DNA of 64,000 bases from an uncultured delta proteobacterium (GCA_963810935.1 CAWEPK010000010.1:256001-320000); one strand, 5' to 3'. Shown: positions 43,664 to 53,689, counted from the first letter of the stretch. The notes: generated by a model from the sequence alone, not told the origin. A program made the numbers and translations.

Positions 43664-43996
43664 TTAATAAACGACCTCCGCGCCCGGGCAGTTCTCCTTC
43701 AGCCACTCAACGTAGTCGCGGCTGCACTGCGCCCGGCGTGCTTCGGGGACAGGAGGCATGCAGTTCACATACCTGGTTTTGGGACAGGTCTTCTTCTGTC
43801 TCTCCTGTGGATCGGTCTTCCCGGTTTCGGGGAGCACCCTGCCCTGCGGCATCACCGCCGTCGAGGGGCCCGAGGACCGCTCGGCCTGGCAAAGCAGGAC
43901 GGCAGCCGGTCCGGCAGCATGCGCCGGTGCAGCAGGTCCGAGGCATGACAATCCGCCGACCAAAGTTAACAGAATGACGGGCCCGAGATACCTCAT
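43664..43996 (-). CDS. Small exported Cys-rich hypothetical protein
   Basis: Signal peptide; C-terminal CPKT..VNCMPP...C...WLKENCP domain. Confidence 0.6.
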   Translation of the reverse strand: MRYLGPVILLTLVGGLSCLGPAAPAHAAGPAAVLLCQAERSSGPSTAVMPQGRVLPETGKTDPQERQKKTCPKTRYVNCMPPVPEARRAQCSRDYVEWLKENCPGAEVVY

Positions 43997-44170
43997 GACA
44001 GATTTCTATCATACCGGCGGGTTTTTGTCATCTTTTCCGTCGACCGGGGCTGCTTTTAGGGCCTTTAAAAATCGCCTTCATTTTCGACCTTCATTAATGG
44101 TAATATCATCCCTGATACGGCGGGACGGAAACTACGCAAGCTAATGCCGGGCGAGCCGGGAGGTGCTGTC

Positions 44171-44701
44171 ATGGGGTCGTGGATGACGTGCGTTTGCGGT
44201 GGACTTATTCACCTCAACATGTTCGCGGGCACGCATATCTGCCAGTTGATAGAAGATGCGGACTACGACATGGTCGAGGACCCTGTCGACAGGGAAAAGA
44301 TAGAAGATCTCTATTTTAAGAAAGGTGTAACCGTCTACAGGTGCCTCACGTGCGGCCGCCTGGCAATAGACTGGGAGGACAACGGCAACGTCACGTTCTA
44401 CCTGCCCGAGCTGAAGCGGCCGGAAGCCGCACTTGTCGAATCGGAGAGGGGCGGGGCAGCGCCGGAACAACCGCAGGCCCGACCTACCGATGAGCGGCTA
44501 GCCGAACTCGAAGCCCTGGCGGAGGCCGAGTATGACCGGATGTACGACTCAAGAAGCCCCACAGGCGCTTACTCATCCGCGAAAGAGGCGTTCTACGCGG
44601 CCATCACCCTTGCAAGGCAACTGGGCCTCGAAGAGGACGCGAAGCGGCTGGAGAAACGCCTTCAGCACGTGAAGGATGTCTTCAGGCACCAGTTCTCATA
44701 G
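44171..44701 (+). CDS. Hypothetical two-part protein (CxC...CxxC domain plus helical domain)
   Basis: GGAGG RBS before the ATG at 44171; CVCG and CLTCG motifs; low-complexity linker. Confidence 0.55.
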   Translation: MGSWMTCVCGGLIHLNMFAGTHICQLIEDADYDMVEDPVDREKIEDLYFKKGVTVYRCLTCGRLAIDWEDNGNVTFYLPELKRPEAALVESERGGAAPEQPQARPTDERLAELEALAEAEYDRMYDSRSPTGAYSSAKEAFYAAITLARQLGLEEDAKRLEKRLQHVKDVFRHQFS

Positions 44702-44725
44702 AGATTCTCCTGCGGCTCTGTTTTT

Positions 44726-45340
44726 TCAGCCCTCGGCTACGTCACCTTTAGGATAGCTTTTCATGCGGGCGCTCATCGCCTTTCCCAGCCAGGCGATGGT
44801 CGTGCCCAGGTCCAACATGTTCCGCAGGCCCTCCTGGTCGCCGGCCACTTCGCCTTTCTCAAGGCCGAAACCGAGGTTCCAGTACGTCGACCCGGGGATG
44901 ATGGCGCCTGACATGAGGAAAAGGTGGTTCATGGTGTCGAAGGCATGCGTGCCCCCGCCCCGCCGCACCGCCGCTACCGACGCCCCTATTTTTCCCCTGA
45001 GCAGGCCTCCGTTCGCAACGCTGACAAGGCCGACGCGGTCGATGAGCGCCTTCATCTCTGCCGTCACGTCCGTAAAATAGGTCGGGCTTCCCAGGATAAT
45101 GGCGTCTGAGGCAAGTATCTTTTCGAGGCAATCGTTGAAGACGTCCGTTTTTACGCTGCACCGGCCGTCCTTCGTATTGAAACAGCGGTAGCAGGCCGTG
45201 CATCCCCTGATCTTCTTTCCGCCGAGATGGATAAGCTCCGTCTCCCATCCTGCCTTCGATAACGGCTCCAGCACCTTTTTGAGCAGTATCTCTGTATTCC
45301 CTCCCCTGCGGGGGCTTCCGTTTATTGCTACAGCCTTCAT
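44726..45340 (-). CDS. Iron-sulfur flavoprotein / NADPH-dependent FMN reductase family
   Basis: INGSPRRGGNT, CTACYRC...C, GSPTYF and RRGGG. GGAGGAG RBS. Confidence 0.92.
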   Translation of the reverse strand: MKAVAINGSPRRGGNTEILLKKVLEPLSKAGWETELIHLGGKKIRGCTACYRCFNTKDGRCSVKTDVFNDCLEKILASDAIILGSPTYFTDVTAEMKALIDRVGLVSVANGGLLRGKIGASVAAVRRGGGTHAFDTMNHLFLMSGAIIPGSTYWNLGFGLEKGEVAGDQEGLRNMLDLGTTIAWLGKAMSARMKSYPKGDVAEG

Positions 45341-45505
45341 GGTCTCTCCTCCAGGATATAAATAGTCACGCATGGGCCGGACAGCGCCCGGCAACGGCGA
45401 TAAAACAGCGCGCGTATATGGAGATTGTACCACTTTCGAGCTGCGACAGGCCAGGCGTTTTGCAATCGCGGCATCGACGGCAAAGAGATGGGTGTCGAAA
45501 AACAT

Positions 45506-45534
45506 TTGACGTTTCGTGCAGCCTCGCGTATAAC
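45506..45534 (+). promoter_or_regulatory. sigma70 promoter
   Basis: TTGACG-N17-TATAAC. Confidence 0.6.
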
Positions 45535-45583
45535 CGAAGAATGCCTGACGTTTGAGCGGGCCGTAGCCCGAAAGGAGCATACG

Positions 45584-46051
45584 ATGACAGGAAAAGCGAT
45601 TCAGGACTATTACCCTGAAGAATTTGCCCATTGCTTCGGGTGCGGGCCAAACAACAAAGACGGCTGGCAAATCAAGAGTTATTGGGAGGGCGAAGAAAGC
45701 GTCTGCCATTTCGCGCCGAAGCCCTTCTATACCGGCGGCTCGCCGGGGAACGCCTACGGCGGCTTTATCGCATCGCTGATCGACTGTCACAGCGCAGCAA
45801 CCGCCGCTGCCGCAAAATTGATTGAAGACGGTTTCAAGCTGGGCGACCGGCCCCTTTACCGCTTCGTAACCGCATCTCTGAAGGTGGACTATCTGAAGCC
45901 GACACCCATGGGGACCGTCCTGGAGGTTAAAGGCAGGGTCAAAGAGATCAAAGGCCGCAAGGTCACGGTTGCAGCGACCCTCTCTGCGGAAGGCGCAGTC
46001 TGCGCCCGGGGCGAGGCACTCATGGTGCAGCTGCGCGAAGACAGCGTATAA
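45584..46051 (+). CDS. PaaI-like hotdog-fold thioesterase
   Basis: HCFGCG, YGGFIASLIDCH and VTASLKVDYLKPTP. AAGGAG RBS. Confidence 0.88.
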   Translation: MTGKAIQDYYPEEFAHCFGCGPNNKDGWQIKSYWEGEESVCHFAPKPFYTGGSPGNAYGGFIASLIDCHSAATAAAAKLIEDGFKLGDRPLYRFVTASLKVDYLKPTPMGTVLEVKGRVKEIKGRKVTVAATLSAEGAVCARGEALMVQLREDSV

Positions 46052-46080
46052 TAAGAGAGGTCCAAAGAGAGGAGGCATCA

Positions 46081-46617
46081 ATGAGAAAGGCGGTCGTACT
46101 ATACTGGACCCATACGGGAAACACCGAGAAGGTGGCGATGGGCATCGAGCGAGGCCTGAGGGGCGGCGGGTTCGACACGGTCATCAGGAAGGTGCAGGAC
46201 GCCGAGGACGTAGATTTTTATGATTATGACCTGGTCTGCTTCGGCGTCCCTTCCTATAGCTGGCATCCTCCCAAGGCTGCCGACGATTTCCTCAAGGCAA
46301 AGTTCGCCCGCTACAAGTCGGAGGGAAGAATAAAGCTGAATGCTCCCCCGGTAAAAGGAAAGAGCGCCCTTGTTTTCTGCACCTATTCCGGTCCGCACAC
46401 GGGCATAAGAGAGGCCATGCCGGCAGGCAAGTATGTAGGTCAGTTCTTCGAGCACCTCGGTTTCGTCGTTGTGGATGAATGGTACGTCCTGGGCGAGTTC
46501 CACGGATCGGAAGAGAACAGCACGCTCGGGAGGATGGGAGATACCAGGGGCCTTCCGACCGACCAGGACATCAACCGGATAGAAGACCAGGCCAGGGCGC
46601 TCGCCGGCAGGATATAG
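46081..46617 (+). CDS. Flavodoxin-domain protein
   Basis: YWTHTGNTEKVA FMN loop, GVPSY and CTYSGPHTG. Confidence 0.85.
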   Translation: MRKAVVLYWTHTGNTEKVAMGIERGLRGGGFDTVIRKVQDAEDVDFYDYDLVCFGVPSYSWHPPKAADDFLKAKFARYKSEGRIKLNAPPVKGKSALVFCTYSGPHTGIREAMPAGKYVGQFFEHLGFVVVDEWYVLGEFHGSEENSTLGRMGDTRGLPTDQDINRIEDQARALAGRI

Positions 46618-46677
46618 GGGCCGAGGCCGGCCCGTGCGCTCCTTCACTTTACCGCGCCGAGGATGCCGCGACGTGCT

Positions 46678-47364
46678 CTACGGTTTTCCCACCCAGGCGG
46701 AATAACCGCCCGACGTGTAGATGCACGCGAGGGGGTTATTGCCGAACACGCGGTCCTTCACCGCAAGCACAGTGCTCGGCGCCTCAGCATACTTGAAAAA
46801 CAGGGAATCGTGGCCGACGCATAGACCCAGGACGACGTTGAAGTCCGTGTGCGCGTTGTTCAGCAACATGGCCTGGAGGACCGGGTTGCACATCGGTTCC
46901 CGCTCGCCTATGAAGATCTTCTGATCGTCCCTCACGCCGATCGTTTCTTTCGGGACAGCCCCCGCCTTGCACGCAACAGAGGCCGTCTCGAAGCCATGGC
47001 TCTTTAATATGCGGTCGACAACGGCCGCCTCATCCGCCAGGCCGATGCAGAAGGCCAAGCCGATCTTCGAATAACCCATCTTGTGCGCAAACTCGCAGAT
47101 TTCGAGCATCCTCGGCTTGACGGGGTGCATCACGTAAGGCTTCTTCTCTCTGCCCGCGTAGCACTCCCCCTCCTGGATAGTTGCCTGCCGGGCAAACTCC
47201 GCGATCTCTTCCTTGCGGTACTCCTCCTGCGCTTTGCGCACATCAGCCTTTCTGCCAAGTGTCGGGCACGCCTTGCCGCCTGTGCCTTTGGGGTCCCTGC
47301 ACGCTCTCATGCCCTTTGGGACTTCGCAGACCGCGCACTCCGGTAGGGATTTCTTCGCCATCAT
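46678..47364 (-). CDS. DUF1847 family Cys-rich protein
   Basis: KIGLAFCIGL, ACK, MCNP and GLCVGHDSLF...VKDR. Confidence 0.85.
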   Translation of the reverse strand: MMAKKSLPECAVCEVPKGMRACRDPKGTGGKACPTLGRKADVRKAQEEYRKEEIAEFARQATIQEGECYAGREKKPYVMHPVKPRMLEICEFAHKMGYSKIGLAFCIGLADEAAVVDRILKSHGFETASVACKAGAVPKETIGVRDDQKIFIGEREPMCNPVLQAMLLNNAHTDFNVVLGLCVGHDSLFFKYAEAPSTVLAVKDRVFGNNPLACIYTSGGYSAWVGKP

Positions 47365-47601
47365 GGGCCTCCGTATTCGAGAATTGCCAAATTATATACC
47401 TCCGGCATCCAATTTTCTGCCTCATCCGTTTGCGTTTCTTCACCCGCAGCAGCGCGCTTGCAGGTTTCTCACCTTAATGATCGCACGTGTTTTCGCCGGT
47501 TACAAGGGTCCCCTTCAGGTAGCTCGAATCCTGGACAAGGTTATCTTGACGGGGTTTGCGAGGTCAAGCTATTATTGTGACATCGTAAGAAGGGGACACA
47601 A

Positions 47602-47976
47602 ATGATAGAGCAATGGCTGGAAGAGATAAAACGGACCGCCGATCCGGCTGAGCTGGGGATGATCCTCGTGCACAACGGCATCGTGAGGGGCACGTCGAAG
47701 AAGGGCGAAGCGGTCACGAAGATGCGCCTGACCTACGATGCCCCGGGCCTGGAAAAACTGATCGGAGAATACAGGCGGAAGGAAGGCATAGTCGGAATCA
47801 AGGCCTGGATAAACAGCGGAGAACTCAGCGTGGGCGACGACATTATGCTCGTACTGGTCGCCGGGAGGTTCAGGACCGATGTGCTGCCTGTTTTCGAATC
47901 CCTTATCGGCAAAATAAAGGGCGAGATCGTCAGCGAGCGTGAGATAAAACCGGACCCTCAAGGACAGGACCTTTAG
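47602..47976 (+). CDS. moaE: MoaE-family protein (molybdopterin synthase large subunit-like)
   Basis: GMILVHNGIVR, GELSVGDDIM.V.VAG..R. Confidence 0.75.
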   Translation: MIEQWLEEIKRTADPAELGMILVHNGIVRGTSKKGEAVTKMRLTYDAPGLEKLIGEYRRKEGIVGIKAWINSGELSVGDDIMLVLVAGRFRTDVLPVFESLIGKIKGEIVSEREIKPDPQGQDL

Positions 47977-48568
47977 GCAGGGTCAGACGGTTGCCCGGAA
48001 AGCGATGCCACTATCAGGTAGTGATAGGGCCCGAGGTCCTGCGCCTGCCCGGTCTTGAAACCGAAGCGCTCCAGGACGGTTTTGGTTTCGTTTTCGGAAA
48101 GCCGTATGCGAGCGGGCGGTCCCATCCCATCTTCGACCTTCTTGAACTCCACGACGGCAAACTTTCCGTCCGGTCTCAACACCCTGGCCGTTTCCCGCAA
48201 TGCCACCTCGCCCGTGCCGTCGCGCAACAGGTCATGCAGCACCGTTGCCATGAGGCAGATATCGACAGAGTCGTCGGGCAGCGGTATGCCTTTGTTCGCA
48301 TCCGCAAAGATAGTCTTGATATTTTCCAGGCCCAGGCTCGCGGCCCGCTCCCTGACCCTGGCAAGCCCCTCTTCCCAGGCATCCATGGCATAGACAGCCC
48401 GGCCGGACCGATGGCCTCCGCCAGGGCAATGGTATAATCCCCTTTGCCGCAGCCAACGTCAAGCAGGGCAGTCGATTCTCCTACCCGCAACTCGTCGAAG
48501 AAACGGGCACGGTCGATCATCTCGAACGTGCCATGGCCTGCGCCCGGCGGTTTATGGTCCTCTGCCAT
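47973..48568 (-). CDS. Class I SAM-dependent methyltransferase, apparent -1 frameshift near 48397
   Basis: LDVGCGKG in the upstream ORF; VDICLMATVLHD and RVLRPDG in the downstream ORF. Confidence 0.82.
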
Positions 48569-48676
48569 CAATATATCCTCCTTTTATCTTATGCGGCCGG
48601 GCGGCAAAGGTCAACCGCTGCCGGCAACCTAAGGTGTCTTGCTCATCGACCCTCGGCCGGAGAGCTTGATATCCCC

Positions 48677-48706
48677 TTGACAATGTTATGAACATATGTT
48701 TATAAT
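48677..48706 (+). promoter_or_regulatory. sigma70 promoter with an overlapping 20-bp palindromic operator
   Basis: TTGACA-N18-TATAAT; TTATGAACATATGTTTATAA at 48686-48705; the ATG lies 6 nt after the -10 box. Confidence 0.75.
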
Positions 48707-48712
48707 ATCGAC

Positions 48713-49015
48713 ATGCCGAGACCAAAGAAATATAGATGTGTAAGCTGTCGCCCGGATGCCACGTATTTCAAGCCCAGGGGTATACCGCTCACTCAGCTCG
48801 AGGAAGTCTGCCTGAATATGGATGAGGTGGAGGCCCTGAGGCTTTGCGACCTGGAGGGGCGCTATCACGAGGCGGCGGCTGCACAGATGAAGGTATCGAG
48901 GCCCACTTTCGGCCGGATCATCAAGGAAGCGAGGCGAAAAACAGCCGAAGCCCTTCTGGGGGGCAAGGCCCTTAAAATAGAAACGAACATCAACAATGAG
49001 GAGGATACGCAATGA
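48713..49015 (+). CDS. DUF134 family HTH DNA-binding protein
   Basis: MPRPKK.R, FKPRG, EALRLCD and M.VSRPTF. Confidence 0.9.
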   Translation: MPRPKKYRCVSCRPDATYFKPRGIPLTQLEEVCLNMDEVEALRLCDLEGRYHEAAAAQMKVSRPTFGRIIKEARRKTAEALLGGKALKIETNINNEEDTQ

Positions 49016-49392
49016 AAGTATGTTTTCCGGTCGAGAAGAATGAAGGAATGAACAGCATGGTCTACGGCCATTTCGGCTCGGCCCCGGCGTTCGTCATGGT
49101 AGATACGGACGAGAAAGGCCTGACGGTCGTCGACAACAGGGACGTCAACCACGTGCACGGCGCGTGCAACCCCATCCAGGCAATTGGCGGCCAGGCGGTC
49201 GATGCGGTCGTTGTCGGCGGCATAGGCGCAGGCGCGATAAACGGGCTTAACGCGAAGGGCATCCAGGTTTATCGGGCCTCCGTGGGGACGGTCGGGCAGA
49301 ACGTTGAGCTTTTCAAAGCGGGCAAGCTCCCCATGCTTACGCTCCAGCACGCGTGCGGCGGGCACAGCACCGGCGGCTGCGGCCACCACTAA
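49012..49392 (+). CDS. NifB/NifX family metal-cluster-binding protein
   Basis: HFGSAP.F, HGAC, GGIGAGA and a Cys/His tail. Confidence 0.88.
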   Translation: MKVCFPVEKNEGMNSMVYGHFGSAPAFVMVDTDEKGLTVVDNRDVNHVHGACNPIQAIGGQAVDAVVVGGIGAGAINGLNAKGIQVYRASVGTVGQNVELFKAGKLPMLTLQHACGGHSTGGCGHH

Positions 49393-49409
49393 GAGAACGA
49401 GGGGGGACT

Positions 49410-49642
49410 ATGCCGATCTATGAATACGTCTGTAAGAAATGCGGAGAAGTAACGGAGCACCTGGTGCTGGGCAAGGCGAAGACCCTGCCTGCAAGGGATG
49501 CGGAAGTCAAGAGGTCGTAAAGCTCATGTCCGCGGCGAACGTCGGGGCCGCTTCCCCGTCGTTCTCGCCGCCCCAGGCAAGCGGCGGCTGCTGCGGCTCG
49601 CCAGGCTCCTGCGGGAACCCGGGAAGCTGCTGCTCCGGTTAG
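49410..49642 (+). CDS. FmdB-family zinc-ribbon protein, apparent -1 frameshift near 49475
   Basis: MPIYEYVCKKCG in one frame continues as CKGCGS..V.KLMS...CCG in another. Confidence 0.8.
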
Positions 49643-49913
49643 GAAGGGGAACTGTCCCTCGGATAAGGTGCTGTAGTAAAGAGCGGGCGCAGGTAATATC
49701 GAACACTGTAAAAGATATTGCCGGCGCCCGTTTTATATTGCCGGGCAGACCCACTTCAGATCGCCCGGCTGCATCTCTTCCGTCACGCACTATTCTCGGG
49801 CCATTGACATTAACGTTATGTTAAGCTAAGATTAACCTTAACGGGGTGTCCCTGCAAAAAACTCTATTTCCAAGTATTTACACGTTCCATTCGGTCCATT
49901 TAGGGGCCAATAT

Positions 49914-49931
49914 CACGGCATATACCTTGCA
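49914..49931 (+). promoter_or_regulatory. sigma54 (-24/-12) promoter of the dsr cluster
   Basis: CACGGCATATACCTTGCA is GG-N10-GC with TTGC; AT-rich upstream region with TTAAC repeats. Confidence 0.55.
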
Positions 49932-50051
49932 TTCACATATCGGAGAGATTACAAACAGGATATATTAACGTCCGCTCAGATATATGGACCGCGCCCTCCA
50001 AAACCGGGGTGCCGGCCATGCAGCGGCTTTATGACTACCCAGGAGGACCCC

Positions 50052-51212
50052 ATGACTGACGACACCCCCCTGCTCGACGACCTCGAGAAGGGACCATGGC
50101 CGAGCTTTGTTAAGGAGATGAAGCGGGCTGCAAAGAAGAACCCCGCGGCAAAAGATCTCCTTAAGATCCAGGAGCGCTCCTATCATGACCGGGTAACCCA
50201 CTGGAAGCATGGAGGCATAGTGGGGGTTACAGGCTACGGGGGAGGCGTAATAGGCAGGTACTGCGATGCGCCCGATGACTTCCCATTCGCCGCTGCCTTC
50301 CACACCATGCGGATCAACCAGCCCGCAGGCTGGTTCTACACAACGGACGCCCTCCGGAAGATCTGCGACATATGGGAGAAGTACGGAAGCGGCATGACCA
50401 ACTTCCACGGCTCCACAGGGGACGTCATCCTCCTGGGCACCACCACGGAGAACCTCCAGCCCTGCTTCGACGAGCTTACCGAAGCAGGCTTCGACCTGGG
50501 CGGCTCCGGCTCCGCGCTTCGCACCCCCGCTGGCTGCATAGGCCAGGCCAGGTGCGAGTATGCCAATATCGACACCTTAGACCTTATCTACGACCTCACC
50601 ATGACCTACCAGGACGAGATACACCGCCCCCGCTGGCCCTATAAGTTCAAGATCAAGGCGTCCGGCTGCCCCAACGACTGCGTTGCCGCCATAGCAAGGG
50701 CGGACTTCACGATCATAGGCGCCTGGCACGACTCTCTCCGTATAGACCAGGAAGGGGTAAGGACCTATGTGAAGGATGGTCTGGACATAGACTCCCTCGT
50801 AGTCCGCAAGTGCCCCACCGAGGCCCTTGACTGGGACGGTACTACCTTAAAGCTCATCCCTGAGGACTGCGTCCGCTGCATGCACTGCATAAACACCATG
50901 CCGAAGGCCCTAAGGCCCGGCATAGTCAAAGGGGCAACCATCCTGATAGGCGGCAAGGCCCCTATCTTAAAAGGCGCCAACCTCTCCTGGGTGCTTGTCC
51001 CCTTCATGGAGATAAAACCCCCCTATACGGAAGTAAAGGACCTCCTTGCCAAGATATGGGACTGGTGGGACGAGCACGGAAGGACGCGCGAGAGGGTAGC
51101 CGAGACCATACAGAGGATCGGCCTGAAGGAGTTCCTAAAGGCGGTCGACCTTCCCCCCGTGCCCCAGATGGTCAATAAACCGAGAGCCAATCCCTATGTG
51201 TTCTTCAAATAA
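50052..51212 (+). CDS. dsrA: Dissimilatory sulfite reductase alpha subunit
   Basis: [39 protein letters not shown]5C...GCPNDC siroheme motif, CVRCMHCIN and NPY. Confidence 0.97.
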   Translation: MTDDTPLLDDLEKGPWPSFVKEMKRAAKKNPAAKDLLKIQERSYHDRVTHWKHGGIVGVTGYGGGVIGRYCDAPDDFPFAAAFHTMRINQPAGWFYTTDALRKICDIWEKYGSGMTNFHGSTGDVILLGTTTENLQPCFDELTEAGFDLGGSGSALRTPAGCIGQARCEYANIDTLDLIYDLTMTYQDEIHRPRWPYKFKIKASGCPNDCVAAIARADFTIIGAWHDSLRIDQEGVRTYVKDGLDIDSLVVRKCPTEALDWDGTTLKLIPEDCVRCMHCINTMPKALRPGIVKGATILIGGKAPILKGANLSWVLVPFMEIKPPYTEVKDLLAKIWDWWDEHGRTRERVAETIQRIGLKEFLKAVDLPPVPQMVNKPRANPYVFFK

Positions 51213-51222
51213 GGAGACAACC

Positions 51223-52288
51223 ATGAGAAAGACCGATATAGGACCCCCCGACTTCAAAACGATGCTCCCCGACGTGATCAAGGACAACTACGGCAAATGG
51301 AAGTACCACGAGATCGTAAAGCCGGGCGTCCTCCGCCATGTCTCGGAATCAGGCCAAGAGGTCTACTCCATCCGTGCAGGCTCCCCCAGGCTCGTCTCTA
51401 TAGACTTCATAAGGGACCTCTGCGATGTGGCCGATAAGCACTGCAACGGCCACCTCCGCTTTACAAGCCGCCACAACATAGAGTTCATGACCCCGGACAA
51501 GATCAAAGGTGGAGCCTATTATCGCAGACCTCACAAAACTGGGCCTCCCCATAGGCGGGACGGGCAAGTGCATCTCGAACATCGTCCACACCCAGGGGTG
51601 GATCCACTGCCACAGCGCGGCAACCGACGCATCGGGCATAGTAAAAGCAGTCATGGACGCCTTCCACGACCAGTTCACCGAGATGAAGCTACCGAACCAC
51701 CTTCGGATATCCCTTGCCTGCTGCATCAACATGTGCGGTGCGGTCCACTGCTCCGACCTTGCCATAGTGGGCGTACATACGAAGCCCCCCCGGCCCGACC
51801 ATGAGAGGGTGCTCGCCCAGTGCGAGATACCTACAACCATACAGTCCTGTCCCACAGGGGCGATCCGAAGGCACCCGGATGCTGACATAAAGAGCGTGGT
51901 TGTCCGCGAGGACCTCTGCATGTACTGCGCCAACTGCTTTACCGTCTGCCCGGCCATGCCGCTTGCCGACGGGGATACGGACGGTGTCGCCATTTACGCA
52001 GGGGGCAAGGTGCCCAATGCCAGAAAGCCCCCGATGTTCTCCCGCATGGTAGTCCCCTACCTGCCCAATAACCCTCCCAGGTGGCCCGAGGTAGTGGACG
52101 TCCTCAAGAGGATAGTCGATGTCTATGCATCATCCGCCAGGCCGACCGAGAGACTGGGCGAGTGGATCGAGAGGATAGGCTGGGAGGCCTTCTTCAAAAG
52201 GACCGAGATACCCTTCACCGAGCAGCACATAGACGACTTCACCCATGCAGTGGAGACTTACAGGACTACCACGCAGTTTAAGTGGTAG
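51223..52288 (+). CDS. dsrB: Dissimilatory sulfite reductase beta subunit, apparent +1 frameshift near 51508
   Basis: [52 protein letters not shown] and HIDDF. Confidence 0.95.
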
Positions 52289-52442
52289 GGGGAATGATGC
52301 ACTTTCTTCCTTTTTATGAGGGGGTGGCTCCGGCGGCTTCGCCGCTGGAGGGGGCGACGATAGCCCCGGTAATTGCCGACTTTACCCATGTAGTCGAGAC
52401 TTATAGGACTACCACGCAGTTTAAGTGGTAGGGGGAAATGAT
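52235..52442 (+). repeat. Imperfect direct repeat of the dsrB 3' end (52235-52298 and 52378-52442)
   Basis: GACTT(C/T)ACCCATG(C/T)AGT(G/C)GAGACTTA(C/T)AGGACTACCACGCAGTTTAAGTGGTAGGGGGA occurs twice. Confidence 0.92.
52317..52377. repeat. Structured dispersed repeat, copy 1 (REP/MITE-like)
   Basis: About 61 bp nearly identical to 59376-59436; two hairpins. Confidence 0.85.
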
Positions 52443-52456
52443 CAGGAGGTTTAACA

Positions 52457-52773
52457 ATGCCTAAGACAAATTAGGTGGAAAAGAAATAGAGATCGATGAG
52501 GACGGCTTCATCCAGGAGCCGGAGAAATGGAACAAAGAGGTGGCGGAAGACTTGGCAGTAACCGAGCATGCCTCTCCCATGGGAGAGGAACACTGGAAGC
52601 TCGTCAACTATCTGAGGGAATACTACCTCAAGTATGAGATCGCCCCTCCCGTCCGTATGCTGGTGAAGCAGACAGGCTTAGACCTCAAGAAAATATATAC
52701 GCTGTTTCCCGGCGGACCGGCGAAAGGGGCGTGCAAAATAGCGGGCCTGCCCAAACCGACGGGCTGCGTGTAG
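52457..52773 (+). CDS. dsrC: Sulfur carrier DsrC, apparent -1 frameshift near 52470
   Basis: AGGAGG RBS; EIDEDGF...W; C-terminal GPAKGACKIAGLPKPTGCV with both conserved Cys (CX10C). Confidence 0.93.
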
Positions 52774-52786
52774 GGGGCAATACGGC

Positions 52787-53689
52787 GTGAGTATTTTTCT
52801 GGCCATATTGACCTATTTCGGTTACGTCTTCGTAGTGACCATGTACACGGTCAAGGCCGTGAAGTACGTGAGGCGCCCGCGTCACCTGAGATGGGACCTC
52901 TACCCGGTCATGCACGAGGAGAGGTACCGTTACGGCGGCTCTTATTTCGAGGAGATCAATGGTGCGGCCGGGGCGCGCAAGAAACACCGGCTGCGCAGCA
53001 TCTTTTTCCTTTTGAAAGAATATGTGACTATGGGGGAGTACTTCAAGCGGCGAATAAGCTACTGGCTGGCCCTCTACCCCTGGCACATAGGCTTTATCCT
53101 GATAATCGGCTTCCACATCTGCACGTTCTTCGCCGCTGTCGTCATGCTCCTCGGCGTGCCCGTATCGGCAGGATCACCGGTTGCTGCGGGGCGGGTATTT
53201 TACTACGTCGTCCTCTTTACAGGCGTCGTAAGTTTCGTGAGCGGCATCATCGGAAGCATAGGGATGGTAATCAACAGGCTGACTGCCGCCGACCTGAAGG
53301 ATTACGCGACCCCTCAGAACTACTTCACCTATATCTTTTGTCTCGCCATTTTCGGGAGCGGGCTCTACGCCTGGTACTTCGACCCGACTCTCTCGGAGTA
53401 CAGGGATTTCTGGGTCGGACTGATCACGTTCAAGCCCATTATGGTCGCTCCCGCGGGAACGCTCCATATAGTCTTATTCGACCTCTTTCTGGTTTATCTC
53501 CCTTTTACGCGCTCGATGCACTATATCACCCGCATATTCGCCTTCCTCTTCATAAGGTGGGATGACGAGCCCAACCTGCGGGGAAGCCGCCTCGAATCCC
53601 AATTGATCCGCCAGATGGGACAAGGGGTGAGCTGGGCGGCGCCGCACGTACAGACGGGCGGGACATGGGTGGACCAGGTGAAGTCATGA
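52787..53689 (+). CDS. DsrM-like/NarI-type membrane cytochrome b (first module)
   Basis: LRWDLYP...YGGSYFEE; heme His pairs WHIG...FH and LH...PFTRSMH; about six TM helices. Confidence 0.82.
   Translation: MSIFLAILTYFGYVFVVTMYTVKAVKYVRRPRHLRWDLYPVMHEERYRYGGSYFEEINGAAGARKKHRLRSIFFLLKEYVTMGEYFKRRISYWLALYPWHIGFILIIGFHICTFFAAVVMLLGVPVSAGSPVAAGRVFYYVVLFTGVVSFVSGIIGSIGMVINRLTAADLKDYATPQNYFTYIFCLAIFGSGLYAWYFDPTLSEYRDFWVGLITFKPIMVAPAGTLHIVLFDLFLVYLPFTRSMHYITRIFAFLFIRWDDEPNLRGSRLESQLIRQMGQGVSWAAPHVQTGGTWVDQVKS

Noticed and set aside
44726..46081. 451-aa extended flavoprotein ORF
   Set aside because: The N-terminal part is antisense to the thioesterase gene; the real start is the ATG at 45340 with a GGAGGAG RBS.
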